Shown here: positions 1 through 8,723 of the stretch, piece by piece
Numbering within the stretch: position 1 is the stretch's first letter
Layout: every line of letters begins with the position of its first letter
NCBI GenBank assembly: GCA_000002435.2
Contig: AACB03000010.1
Strand: one strand, 5' to 3'
Length of the DNA stretch: 22,518 bases
From: Giardia intestinalis
Lineage: Eukaryota
The notes under the pieces: model-generated
Database searches by the model: none
What the model was told of the DNA's origin: nothing
The model's input: the letters and a program-made list of their open reading frames with translations, nothing else
Position numbers and translations under genes: made by a program

Positions 1-928
1 GAGGTACCAGCGGGGCCGGCCGATGGGCACGTGCTGCCACTGCAAGCAGCCCTTCCTTCCCAGGCACCATCTGGTGTGCAAGGCCATTAACGGGATTCAC
101 GTGCGCGGCACGACAAGATTCTGGACGCCCTGCTCGCGTGCTCCCGCGGTCGCGCTGGGTCTGTTGTGCGCAATCCCACGATCCCAGTGGATCACCTCCA
201 GCCTGACCTTGTCATCGGTGGGGGCTTCGGGGACTTGGTGGTCACTGTCCCGTGGAGGCTGGAGCGGTCCTATGCCCTGAAGGCCGCCAAGTATCGCCCC
301 TCGTGCTCCAGGGGCGGGCGGCCCACATCCTCCCCGTCGTGGTCGGTGCTGACGGCGTCCTGCACCACCTGTCTGCGGCCGGACTCGCGTTCGCCGGCGT
401 GGACCTTGCGCGCTTCATGCAGGAGGCGGCGCAGGTCATCCTCTGGCACTACAGGCTGTCGGCCCTCCTGTACGCTGGGCTGCGAGTGGGAGAGGCCGGT
501 GGCACCGCCCCGCCCCTGCAGTATCCCTGCCGGAACCGGCTCCCAACGAGGCTCGGGCTACTCCTCCTACTCCCCTCACCCCTGCCATGTGGAGCCCTGG
601 CACGTCGCCCTCCGTAGAGATCATGGCCGATCTCAGCCAGCATCCTGATGCGGCAGTCCCTCCTCCCTGGGGTCCTGCTGAGGTCTCCTCCTCGATCACC
701 TGGGGCACCGATCACCCCGCACAGCCGGATGCAAACGAACGCCCAGACCCCTTCATGTGCTCAAGGGCCCCCTCCCCGCCTCCACTGGATGACGACAGCC
801 CCGACGATGCAGGAGCACCCGAGCCGGTGCACAAGGCCCTGCCGTCCTTCTTCAAGCGCGTCGGTCCTCCCAAGCCGCATGCCCCTGATGGCTTCTACCC
901 CTTCAAACGCATCGACACGGGGCGCTAG
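1..928 (+). pseudogene. 3' fragment of the RT/REL-endonuclease ORF. It aligns to 7797..8723 of the full copy. It is truncated by the window start and interrupted by several 1-bp homopolymer indels, so the ORF track shows it broken into three reading frames (23..280, 166..648, 587..928).
   Basis: Near-identical to the C-terminal CCHC/PD-(D/E)xK region and tail of the 1109-aa ORF. Indels are seen at ~124 (g missing), ~295 (c missing) and ~487-500 (extra g's) relative to copy 7797..8723. The stop TAG at 926-928 is conserved. Confidence 0.8.
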
Positions 929-2283
929 TGGTCATGCTTGGGCACCCTGCCCGCTGTCGGCTGCCCCACAGCGCGAACGGACCCCTGGGCCTGCGTGCCG
1001 AGCTGTCTCCCCTGGTACTCCTCGCTCGCACCCGAGGCCTCTTGCCCCTATCATTCGGGTGTGCATCACGTCCAGACACGGTGCGATAGATGCCTAGCCG
1101 CGATGCCATACACACTCGACCAGGCCGGGCCAGGCCGGACGCCCCCCTGGATGGCCAGACACCCGCCCTGCCTACGTTTGGGCACTTCCTCGATGGGACT
1201 CGTCATCTGCCCACGCCGCAGCCCGGTGTTCGTCTGTCTGTCCTCCCGGGCAGCGGCGGTCCTTGGGTGCTGAGTCTGGCGAGCTGGTGCTGGGGGAAGA
1301 GGCTAGCCCCGTGTGTCATTCGTACCATCGCACCGCGCCGTGCTGATCCCCCCATGGAACTGCCCGCCAGTGGCCGCCTCCGGTCCGGGGCGGCACAGCC
1401 CTGGCTCGGGCCATCCTCTGCTGCAGCGCCCCGGTGCCCCCTGGAGAGGATGGCCGGGTGCTATGTGCTACTGAGCCCTCGGGTGCATCGCTTCCCCACT
1501 GCCCCCCCTCATGTACCCACTCTGGGCGCCCCGGTACAGGGAACCTGGTCACTCTGGCCCTGGCCTCCAGGTGCTTGCCCTCCAATGGGCCATCCCTCAT
1601 GCGCCTGTGTTTGCCTGGCCCATTCTCCCCTGCTCCTCTCTACCTCTCCTGCTCGGTCTCCGCTGAGTCGCGGTGACGGCTGTTGACAGTCCCGGCCGGG
1701 CCCCCAGGTTTCGCTCCATACCTGGGCCACATGCCTCCCACCAGCGCTGGCACCACATGGGTTGCTTGTCACAGATGGGACTGGCACGCACAGAAGAATA
1801 TGGCTCCACGGCGCTCTGCCGGTCTGTCCTGAGCTGGCGTCATCAGCCTGGACCCGCCCTTAGGGGGCCTCCTCCATCACCCGTGCCTCCCCACACCACC
1901 TCCTAAGCCGTCAGTCTGCTCTCTCAGGCGTGACCTTCTGTCGGCCTCCTGGGCCGTATGGGACCACCGCCCCGCTGCCCCCGCCATCTTGGCCAGACGC
2001 CTCCGGTGAGCCACCATTCTGGAATAGCACGACACGTGTGGATGGGCTAGCTATGGCGCACGGTCCGCACCCTCCCTTCTCACGGACTCCCGGGGACAGT
2101 CCGGACGCGTCTCCCTTGTCCCCGAATCGGTGGCCCCGGCCGATCCCCATCGTGCATCCTTATATGGGGCACTGCACACACCTGTCCACGCTGTCCCCTT
2201 GGGCCGGCCACAGCTCACCCCGTGTGTCGATGGGCCAGAATTTGGGCTCCCCAAACCCCTCCACCCCAAGCTGTTTCCTCGCC
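929..2283 (+). other. Unique ~1.36-kb non-coding region downstream of the ORF, degenerate copy (candidate 3' UTR segment).
   Basis: Colinear with 8724..10080 and 14200..15556. It contains only short P/R/G-rich ORFs typical of GC-rich non-coding DNA. It has two homopolymer indels relative to the interior copies. Confidence 0.6.
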
Positions 2284-5200
2284 GGTTCTCTGGGCTCGCG
2301 CTTCCCTTTTTAGTGCAACAGCATTATGGTGCCTCGCGTATGTGCGCGGTGCAGTGGGCCGGTCTGTAGGCCTGCCTTTGACTGGAATCCTGGATCCCTG
2401 GGTTTCTGGCCCGACGCGTCGTCTTCTACCCCCCAAACAGGCCTGCACTCTTCTTGGTCCACGGGCTATTTGTCTCTTTGTTTCCGCGGCCCAGGGCCTG
2501 CTGGTTGCGCCGGGGCGACGCTCATGGTGGATTTTATTTTTTCCAAATCCAGAATTTGGGCCTGAAGACCGCCCCCGCAGGGCCTGGAGGATGCGGGGAA
2601 TCGGTCCACCCACACCATGCGCTCGAGCAAAGGCCAAGCACCCACGCCATCACGTCTCATCCAGGACTCCTGCGCCGCCACGGAGGAGGATCGGCACCTT
2701 CGCCATCGATCCTCCAGGATGCCCCCTACCACTCCCCCTCACATGGCACGCCTCCCTCGGGCCTGTATGTCTGCATGCCGCTATGCCCTAACACCGCAGG
2801 CCGCCCTCTCCGCGGATCCACTAACACACAGCCTGCAGCGCCTGGCCCCCTGGCCGTGACCCGCGCGCCCCCGCGCACAGGAGCATACCCCTGGAGCTGG
2901 GGAGAAGGCCCCCCTGGCCGCGCCCCCGCCGCGAGACCACGCGGGCACGGGGCTGGGCGCCCCGGGCGGGCCCTTCCCCTCCGTCGTGAGGCTGCCTCCC
3001 CTCCAATGTCCTTACCGCCTTGCGCGCATATTACGTAGTAAACCGCCTCTGTCTGGTTCTCTGGGCTCGCGCTTCCCTTTTTAGTGCAACAGCATTATGG
3101 TGCCTCGCGTATGTGCGCGGTGCAGTGGGCCGGTCTGTAGGCCTGCCTTTGACTGGAATCCTGGATCCCTGGGTTTCTGGCCCGACGCGTCGTCTTCTAC
3201 CCCCCAAACAGGCCTGCACTCTTCTTGGTCCACGGGCTATTTGTCTCTTTGTTTCCGCGGCCCAGGGCCTGCTGGTTGCGCCGGGGCGACGCTCATGGTG
3301 GATTTTATTTTTTCCAAAATCCAGAATTTGGGCCTGAAGACCGCCCCCGCAGGGCCTGGAGGATGCGGGGAATCGGTCCACCCACACCATGCGCTCGAGC
3401 AAAGGCCAAGCACCCACGCCATCACGTCTCATCCAGGACTCCTGCGCCGCCACGGAGGAGGATCGGCACCTTCGCCATCGATCCTCCAGGATGCCCCCCT
3501 ACCACTCCCCCTCACATGGCACGCCTCCCTCGGGCCTGTATGTCTGCATGCCGCTATGCCCTAACACCGCAGGCCGCCCTCTCCGCGGATCCACTAACAC
3601 ACAGCCTGCAGCGCCTGGCCCCCCTGGCCGTGACCCGCGCGCCCCCGCGCACAGGAGCATACCCCTGGAGCTGGGGAGAAGGCCCCCCTGGCCGCGCCCC
3701 CGCCGCGAGACCACGCGGGCACGGGGGCTGGGCGCCCCGGGCGGGCCCTTCCCCTCCGTCGTGAGGCTGCCTCCCCTCCAATGTCCTTACCGCCTTGCGC
3801 GCATATTACGTAGTAAACCGCCTCTGTCTGGTTCTCTGGGCTCGCGCTTCCCTTTTTAGTGCAACAGCATTATGGTGCCTCGCGTATGTGCGCGGTGCAG
3901 TGGGCCGGTCTGTAGGCCTGCCTTTGACTGGAATCCTGGATCCCTGGGTTTCTGGCCCGACGCGTCGTCTTCTACCCCCCAAACAGGCCTGCACTCTTCT
4001 TGGTCCACGGGCTATTTGTCTCTTTGTTTCCGCGGCCCAGGGCCTGCTGGTTGCGCCGGGGCGACGCTCATGGTGGATTTTATTTTTTCCAAAATCCAGA
4101 ATTTGGGCCTGAAGACCGCCCCCGCAGGGCCTGGAGGATGCGGGGAATCGGTCCACCCACACCATGCGCTCGAGCAAAGGCCAAGCACCCACGCCATCAC
4201 GTCTCATCCAGGACTCCTGCGCCGCCACGGAGGAGGATCGGCACCTTCGCCATCGATCCTCCAGGATGCCCCCCTACCACTCCCCCTCACATGGCACGCC
4301 TCCCTCGGGCCTGTATGTCTGCATGCCGCTATGCCCTAACACCGCAGGCCGCCCTCTCCGCGGATCCACTAACACACAGCCTGCAGCGCCTGGCCCCCCT
4401 GGCCGTGACCCGCGCGCCCCCGCGCACAGGAGCATACCCCTGGAGCTGGGGAGAAGGCCCCCCTGGCCGCGCCCCCGCCGCGAGACCACGCGGGCACGGG
4501 GGCTGGGCGCCCCGGGCGGGCCCTTCCCCTCCGTCGTGAGGCTGCCTCCCCTCCAATGTCCTTACCGCCTTGCGCGCATATTACGTAGTAAACCGCCTCT
4601 GTCTGGTTCTCTGGGCTCGCGCTTCCCTTTTTAGTGCAACAGCATTATGGTGCCTCGCGTATGTGCGCGGTGCAGTGGGCCGGTCTGTAGGCCTGCCTTT
4701 GACTGGAATCCTGGATCCCTGGGTTTCTGGCCCGACGCGTCGTCTTCTACCCCCCAAACAGGCCTGCACTCTTCTTGGTCCACGGGCTATTTGTCTCTTT
4801 GTTTCCGCGGCCCAGGGCCTGCTGGTTGCGCCGGGGCGACGCTCATGGTGGATTTTATTTTTTCCAAAATCCAGAATTTGGGCCTGAAGACCGCCCCCGC
4901 AGGGCCTGGAGGATGCGGGGAATCGGTCCACCCACACCATGCGCTCGAGCAAAGGCCAAGCACCCACGCCATCACGTCTCATCCAGGACTCCTGCGCCGC
5001 CACGGAGGAGGATCGGCACCTTCGCCATCGATCCTCCAGGATGCCCCCCTACCACTCCCCCTCACATGGCACGCCTCCCTCGGGCCTGTATGTCTGCATG
5101 CCGCTATGCCCTAACACCGCAGGCCGCCCTCTCCGCGGATCCACTAACACACAGCCTGCAGCGCCTGGCCCCCCTGGCCGTGACCCGCGCGCCCCCGCGC

Positions 5201-5372
5201 ACAGGAGCATACCCCTGGAGCTGGGGAGAAGGCCCCCCTGGCCGCGCCCCCGCCGCGAGACCACGCGGGCACGGGGGCTGGGCGCCCCGGGCGGGCCCTT
5301 CCCCTCCGTCGTGAGGCTGCCTCCCCTCCAATGTCCTTACCGCCTTGCGCGCATATTACGTAGTAAACCGCC
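2284..5372 (+). repeat. Tandem array of four 775-bp monomers. The units are 2284-3054 (771 bp with 4 homopolymer deletions), 3055-3829, 3830-4604 and 4605-5372 (the terminal unit, lacking the last 7 bp 'tctgtct').
   Basis: Exact 775-bp periodicity is seen in identical strings and in the ORF-track repeats at 3020/3795/4570. Each unit starts 'ggttctctgggctcgcgcttccc' and ends 'cgcgcatattacgtagtaaaccgcc' + 'tctgtct'. Confidence 0.95.
5362..5367 (+). promoter_or_regulatory. AGTAAA hexamer (a poly(A)-signal variant; it also fits the AGTRAAY consensus as AGTAAAC), 8 nt upstream of the A16 tract.
   Basis: The sequence reads 'tacgtAGTAAAccgcccct(a)16'. The same hexamer ends every 775-bp monomer. It is a known functional variant of AATAAA, and its position fits a cleavage/polyadenylation site. 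Confidence 0.45.
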
Positions 5373-5375
5373 CCT

Positions 5376-5391
5376 AAAAAAAAAAAAAAAA
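5376..5391 (+). other. Pure A16 tract. It is either the poly(A) tail of the upstream element or an A-rich initiator located 2 nt upstream of the ATG.
   Basis: Homopolymer of 16 A between 'taaaccgcccct' and 'ccATG'. The length is identical at all three unit junctions. Confidence 0.9.
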
Positions 5392-5393
5392 CC

Positions 5394-8300
5394 ATGCGTT
5401 CCGCCCTTTCCGCGCCTTCGGGAACCACGGAGATCGGGGCTTCCTCAGGCCCAGAGCCTCCCAACCACGCTCCAACCGACTCCCACAGGCCCCTACCTAG
5501 GGGCACTCCCGATCCTATGACGCTGGGTGACGGCAACGATGCCTCGACGACCGCCATGGCCCGGCCTTCCTCTTGCGAGCCCCTCTGCGGCTCCCACGGG
5601 CCCCCATCCCCCCAGCCTGGGCCTGGCAACAGCCGTTCCGCCACGGACAACTCTCCCAATGAGTCTTCTCCTGTCCATGGCTTACAGGGCTCCGGGGCCT
5701 CGGTGGCCCGGGACGCCTCTCCTCCCTGCCTGTCGAACGACCTTCTGCCCTGTGGCCAGGAGCCCCTCCCGATTCCCGACGACGGCCTCCCATACGACCT
5801 GGGCCACGACAACTCCCCGTCCATCACGGACGAGCAGGAGGCCCGGGGCGCAGACCTGCCTGCTCCTGGGGGCCGTACGACTGTCTGCGAGCGCTGCGGA
5901 GAGGTGCTGCCTGACTCTGCGGCGATCGATGTCCACATCGGGATGCACCATCCGCCTCCCGGTTCACCTTCTCCGTCGCGCAGCCCTTCTCCGCTGTCGG
6001 GGTCTGCCCCTCCACCTGCAGCCGCCGAGCCCTCTCCCTCGCCAACGCCGGACCCTGTGTTCCCGTATGCATGCAGCATGTGCCGGGCCCGATACAAAAC
6101 GGAGAGGGGGCTGAAGGCCCATATCGCCAGGCTCGGCCACTACCTCCCGCTCGACGCCACAGTCCCCGAGCGCATCGGGGTGCCTAGTGGCAGCCCGTCC
6201 CCTGAGCTGCTTCGCCTCCTCACTGACGTATTCACAGAGATGGCGGGGCGCCTTCCTCCTGTAGAGGCCCTAGCGCGCTTCCTCTCGACGTGCCGCCGCA
6301 TGGAGGGCTCTGGACGGCTCCCCCCGGCGCAGTCGCTTCTCCGGAAGGGGCTGCTCGGCCGGGCATGGCAGGCGCTGTTGAGCGAGACGTCCTCTGCCGC
6401 CAGGGTCCCCGAGCCCCAGGGCAAGGAGCGGGAAGCGATTGTCCATGAGCTCCACCCGCGCCCCATGCCTGTCTCTCTGCCCCCCGTCCATCACGTGCTC
6501 GGCCCGTCGCCCAAGATAACGGCCAAGGCGCTGCTGAAGGAGCTGCAGGCGATGAGGCCTGTCGCGGCCGGACCCTCTGGGCTGGGGAAGCCTCACCTCC
6601 TGCACCTTTGTGGGGCCGCCGGGGCTGCGGAGCTCTTCACCTCTGTCCTGACGACCCTCTTCTCCAGCAGGAACTGGGCCCAGCTCCAGCCCCTGTGCGA
6701 GTTCAGGCTGAAGCTTCTGCCCAAGTCTGGCGGCCGATGGCGCCCTATCGCAGTGCAGGAGACGCTTCTGGTCGCCTTCCACCGCTTGCTCCTGCGTCGG
6801 ACTCCCGCGCTCCGCAAGCTCCCGGCGTGGCAGCTGGCCTTTGAGCACCTCGCCCAGATGAAGGCGATCCGCGCGGCCGAGGAGCTGAAGAGGACACACC
6901 ACCTGCTCACGGTGGATGTGCGGAATGCCTTCAACAGCGTCCCGCATTCCGTCATCCTCTTTGCGCTCCGCCGGGCAGGGGTGGTCCAGCCGACCGTCGC
7001 GTACATTGAGTCGTTCCTCGCGGCTCGGCACTCCTCGGACCTCCCCGCGGTCCCAGCGGGCGTGCCACAGGGGGACCCGCTGTCCATGGCGATGTTCTGC
7101 CAGAGCCTTGTCTGGCCGGTGGAGACGTACCTCGGCCAGTACAAGGTCGTTGCATACGCCGACGACCTCGTCATTGCGTCAGAGGAGGCGATTCCCATAG
7201 ATACCGTGAAGAGTGACGCGCAGTCTGCCCTCTCCCGCATAGGGCTCACGGTCGAGCTCTCGAAGTGCTCCTCGACCCAGGCCGGGGCGATCTCCTTCAT
7301 GGGCACCCGCGTGCTCAAGCACTCCTCCTTCAACCTCGCGCAGACATCGGCCCGCCGGCTCCACGAGCATCTCGCCGTCCTCCGTGCTTCGGGTCTCTCA
7401 CTCCACGACCGCCTCAGGCTCCTGTCTGCCTGCGTCGTCCCTGCAGTTAACTATGGACCCCTTGTTGACGACTACCCGGGCCCGTCCCCCTATGCCGACG
7501 TCGATGCGCAGATAGTGGAGGAGGTCGCGACCCTTCTGGAGATCCCCGAACCCCTTGCGAAGACCCTTGCTCTGACGCCCCGCGCGAAGTACGGCCTCGG
7601 ACTGGTGCTGCCCCATCACTACTACGACGAGATGCACAGGCAGCGCCAGGACATGAAGGCGGGCGTCTTCCGCGAGCTGAGGAAGAAGCGCCTGCAGGAC
7701 ACGGCCGCGCTCCGATCCTTCCTGCCGCTCGCATTGCTGGGCTGCGCACCCCTGGACAACACGCAGGTCCTGTTCATAGGGGACTGCTTGGCGGGGAGGT
7801 ACCAGCGGGGCCGGCCGATGGGCACGTGCTGCCACTGCAAGCAGCCCTTCCTTCCCAGGCACCATCTGGTGTGCAAGGCCATTAACGGGATTCACGTGGC
7901 GCGGCACGACAAGATTCTGGACGCCCTGCTCGCGTGCTCCCGCGGTCGCGCTGGGTCTGTTGTGCGCAATCCCACGATCCCAGTGGATCACCTCCAGCCT
8001 GACCTTGTCATCGGTGGGGGCTTCGGGGACTTGGTGGTCACTGTCCCGTGGAGGCTGGAGCGGTCCTATGCCCTGAAGGCCGCCAAGTATCGCCCCCTCG
8101 TGCTCCAGGGGCGGGCGGCCCACATCCTCCCCGTCGTGGTCGGTGCTGACGGCGTCCTGCACCACCTGTCTGCGGCCGGACTCGCGTTCGCCGGCGTGGA
8201 CCTTGCGCGCTTCATGCAGGAGGCGGCGCAGGTCATCCTCTGGCACTACAGGCTGTCGGCCCTCCTGTACGCTGGGCTGCGAGTGGAGAGGCCGGTGCAC

Positions 8301-8723
8301 CGCCCCGCCCCTGCAGTATCCCTGCCGGAACCGGCTCCCAACGAGGCTCGGGCTACTCCTCCTACTCCCCTCACCCCTGCCATGTGGAGCCCTGGCACGT
8401 CGCCCTCCGTAGAGATCATGGCCGATCTCAGCCAGCATCCTGATGCGGCAGTCCCTCCTCCCTGGGGTCCTGCTGAGGTCTCCTCCTCGATCACCTGGGG
8501 CACCGATCACCCCGCACAGCCGGATGCAAACGAACGCCCAGACCCCTTCATGTGCTCAAGGGCCCCCTCCCCGCCTCCACTGGATGACGACAGCCCCGAC
8601 GATGCAGGAGCACCCGAGCCGGTGCACAAGGCCCTGCCGTCCTTCTTCAAGCGCGTCGGTCCTCCCAAGCCGCATGCCCCTGATGGCTTCTACCCCTTCA
8701 AACGCATCGACACGGGGCGCTAG
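5394..8723 (+). CDS. Non-LTR retrotransposon polyprotein (1109 aa). It has an N-terminal S/P-rich region, 2x C2H2 zinc finger, reverse transcriptase, a CCHC motif and a REL (PD-(D/E)xK) endonuclease. The C-terminal ~150 aa is a P-rich extension.
   Basis: Intact RT motifs are present: LPKSGGRWRPIAV (motifs 1/2), LLTVDVRNAFNSVPH (A), AGVPQGDPLSMAMF (B'), VVAYADDLVIAS (C, YADD at 7155..7166), LTVELSKCS (D). CCHC 'CCHCKQPFLPRHHLVC' is followed by 'RHDKIL'. The endonuclease segment reads 'QPDLVIGGGFGDLVVTVPWRLERSYALKAAKY', matching the R2-type PDLV...D-V-T-V...K..KY pattern. The ATG sits immediately after the A16 tract. Antisense ORFs are low-complexity. Confidence 0.9.
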   Translation: MRSALSAPSGTTEIGASSGPEPPNHAPTDSHRPLPRGTPDPMTLGDGNDASTTAMARPSSCEPLCGSHGPPSPQPGPGNSRSATDNSPNESSPVHGLQGSGASVARDASPPCLSNDLLPCGQEPLPIPDDGLPYDLGHDNSPSITDEQEARGADLPAPGGRTTVCERCGEVLPDSAAIDVHIGMHHPPPGSPSPSRSPSPLSGSAPPPAAAEPSPSPTPDPVFPYACSMCRARYKTERGLKAHIARLGHYLPLDATVPERIGVPSGSPSPELLRLLTDVFTEMAGRLPPVEALARFLSTCRRMEGSGRLPPAQSLLRKGLLGRAWQALLSETSSAARVPEPQGKEREAIVHELHPRPMPVSLPPVHHVLGPSPKITAKALLKELQAMRPVAAGPSGLGKPHLLHLCGAAGAAELFTSVLTTLFSSRNWAQLQPLCEFRLKLLPKSGGRWRPIAVQETLLVAFHRLLLRRTPALRKLPAWQLAFEHLAQMKAIRAAEELKRTHHLLTVDVRNAFNSVPHSVILFALRRAGVVQPTVAYIESFLAARHSSDLPAVPAGVPQGDPLSMAMFCQSLVWPVETYLGQYKVVAYADDLVIASEEAIPIDTVKSDAQSALSRIGLTVELSKCSSTQAGAISFMGTRVLKHSSFNLAQTSARRLHEHLAVLRASGLSLHDRLRLLSACVVPAVNYGPLVDDYPGPSPYADVDAQIVEEVATLLEIPEPLAKTLALTPRAKYGLGLVLPHHYYDEMHRQRQDMKAGVFRELRKKRLQDTAALRSFLPLALLGCAPLDNTQVLFIGDCLAGRYQRGRPMGTCCHCKQPFLPRHHLVCKAINGIHVARHDKILDALLACSRGRAGSVVRNPTIPVDHLQPDLVIGGGFGDLVVTVPWRLERSYALKAAKYRPLVLQGRAAHILPVVVGADGVLHHLSAAGLAFAGVDLARFMQEAAQVILWHYRLSALLYAGLRVERPVHRPAPAVSLPEPAPNEARATPPTPLTPAMWSPGTSPSVEIMADLSQHPDAAVPPPWGPAEVSSSITWGTDHPAQPDANERPDPFMCSRAPSPPPLDDDSPDDAGAPEPVHKALPSFFKRVGPPKPHAPDGFYPFKRIDTGR
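5886..5952 (+). other. C2H2 zinc finger 1 (C-x2-C-x12-H-x3-H): CERCGEVLPDSAAIDVHIGMHH.
   Basis: Spacing of the Cys/His residues in the translated ORF. Confidence 0.75.
6072..6140 (+). other. C2H2 zinc finger 2 (C-x2-C-x12-H-x5-H): CSMCRARYKTERGLKAHIARLGH.
   Basis: Spacing of the Cys/His residues. It is separated from ZF1 by an SP-rich linker (SPSPSRSPSPLSGS...). Confidence 0.7.
6700..7320 (+). other. Reverse-transcriptase core (motifs 1 to E).
   Basis: LPK at 6717-6725, YADD at 7155-7166, FMGTRV at 7296-7313. Confidence 0.85.
7827..8090 (+). other. CCHC zinc motif plus restriction-enzyme-like (PD-(D/E)xK) endonuclease domain.
   Basis: tgc tgc cac tgc at 7827-7838, PD at 7998-8003, D of 'GDLVVTV' at 8028-8030, K..KY at ~8076-8090. 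Confidence 0.8.

Larger units (their letters stand above)
1..5391 (+). mobile_element. Composite retroelement unit 0. It is 5'-truncated by the window and comprises the ORF tail, the 1.36-kb region, 4 monomers and A16.
   Basis: Colinear with the full units. Confidence 0.75.

Noticed and set aside
1-928. Calling the left-edge ORF fragment a biologically decayed pseudogene.
   Set aside because: All disruptions are homopolymer-length changes that cluster at the window edges, more consistent with sequence quality. Annotated as pseudogene-like but flagged as a possible artefact.
1856-1866. Isolated TAGGG / CCCTAA-like motifs (e.g. 'cccttaggggg' in the unique region and 'gccctaacac' in the monomer) as telomeric repeats.
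   Set aside because: These are single occurrences, not tandem arrays. No telomere tract is present in the window.
3020-3764. ORFs of 105-179 aa on both strands within every 775-bp monomer.
   Set aside because: They are copies of the same spurious frames. The monomer length (775) is not a multiple of 3, so no frame continues across units. Composition is P/R/G/A-rich with no domain signatures, and they overlap each other in multiple frames.
3055-3829. Small RNA gene (5S rRNA, spliced-leader RNA, snRNA, tRNA) hidden in the 775-bp monomer as the insertion target.
   Set aside because: Searched by eye for 5S, SL and tRNA-like conserved blocks and found no convincing match. This cannot be excluded without covariance-model searches (Infernal/Rfam, tRNAscan).
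2284-5372. Regularly spaced repeats as a possible CRISPR array.
   Set aside because: The 775-bp units are directly abutting with no unique spacers. The context is a eukaryotic retroelement.
5144-6097. 317-aa minus-strand ORF spanning the A16 tract and the 5' end of the RT ORF.
   Set aside because: It reads through the poly(A) as FFFF and into antisense of the S/P-rich N-terminus. This is a GC-rich artefact.
7398-8510. Long antisense ORFs inside the RT gene (370 aa at 7398..8510, 253 aa at 6270..7031, 246 aa at 6593..7333, and their repeats in the other copies).
   Set aside because: They lie opposite a clearly coding, motif-bearing sense ORF in very GC-rich DNA where stop codons are rare. 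Their translations are R/G/P-rich low complexity with no motifs. They recur only because the unit is repeated.
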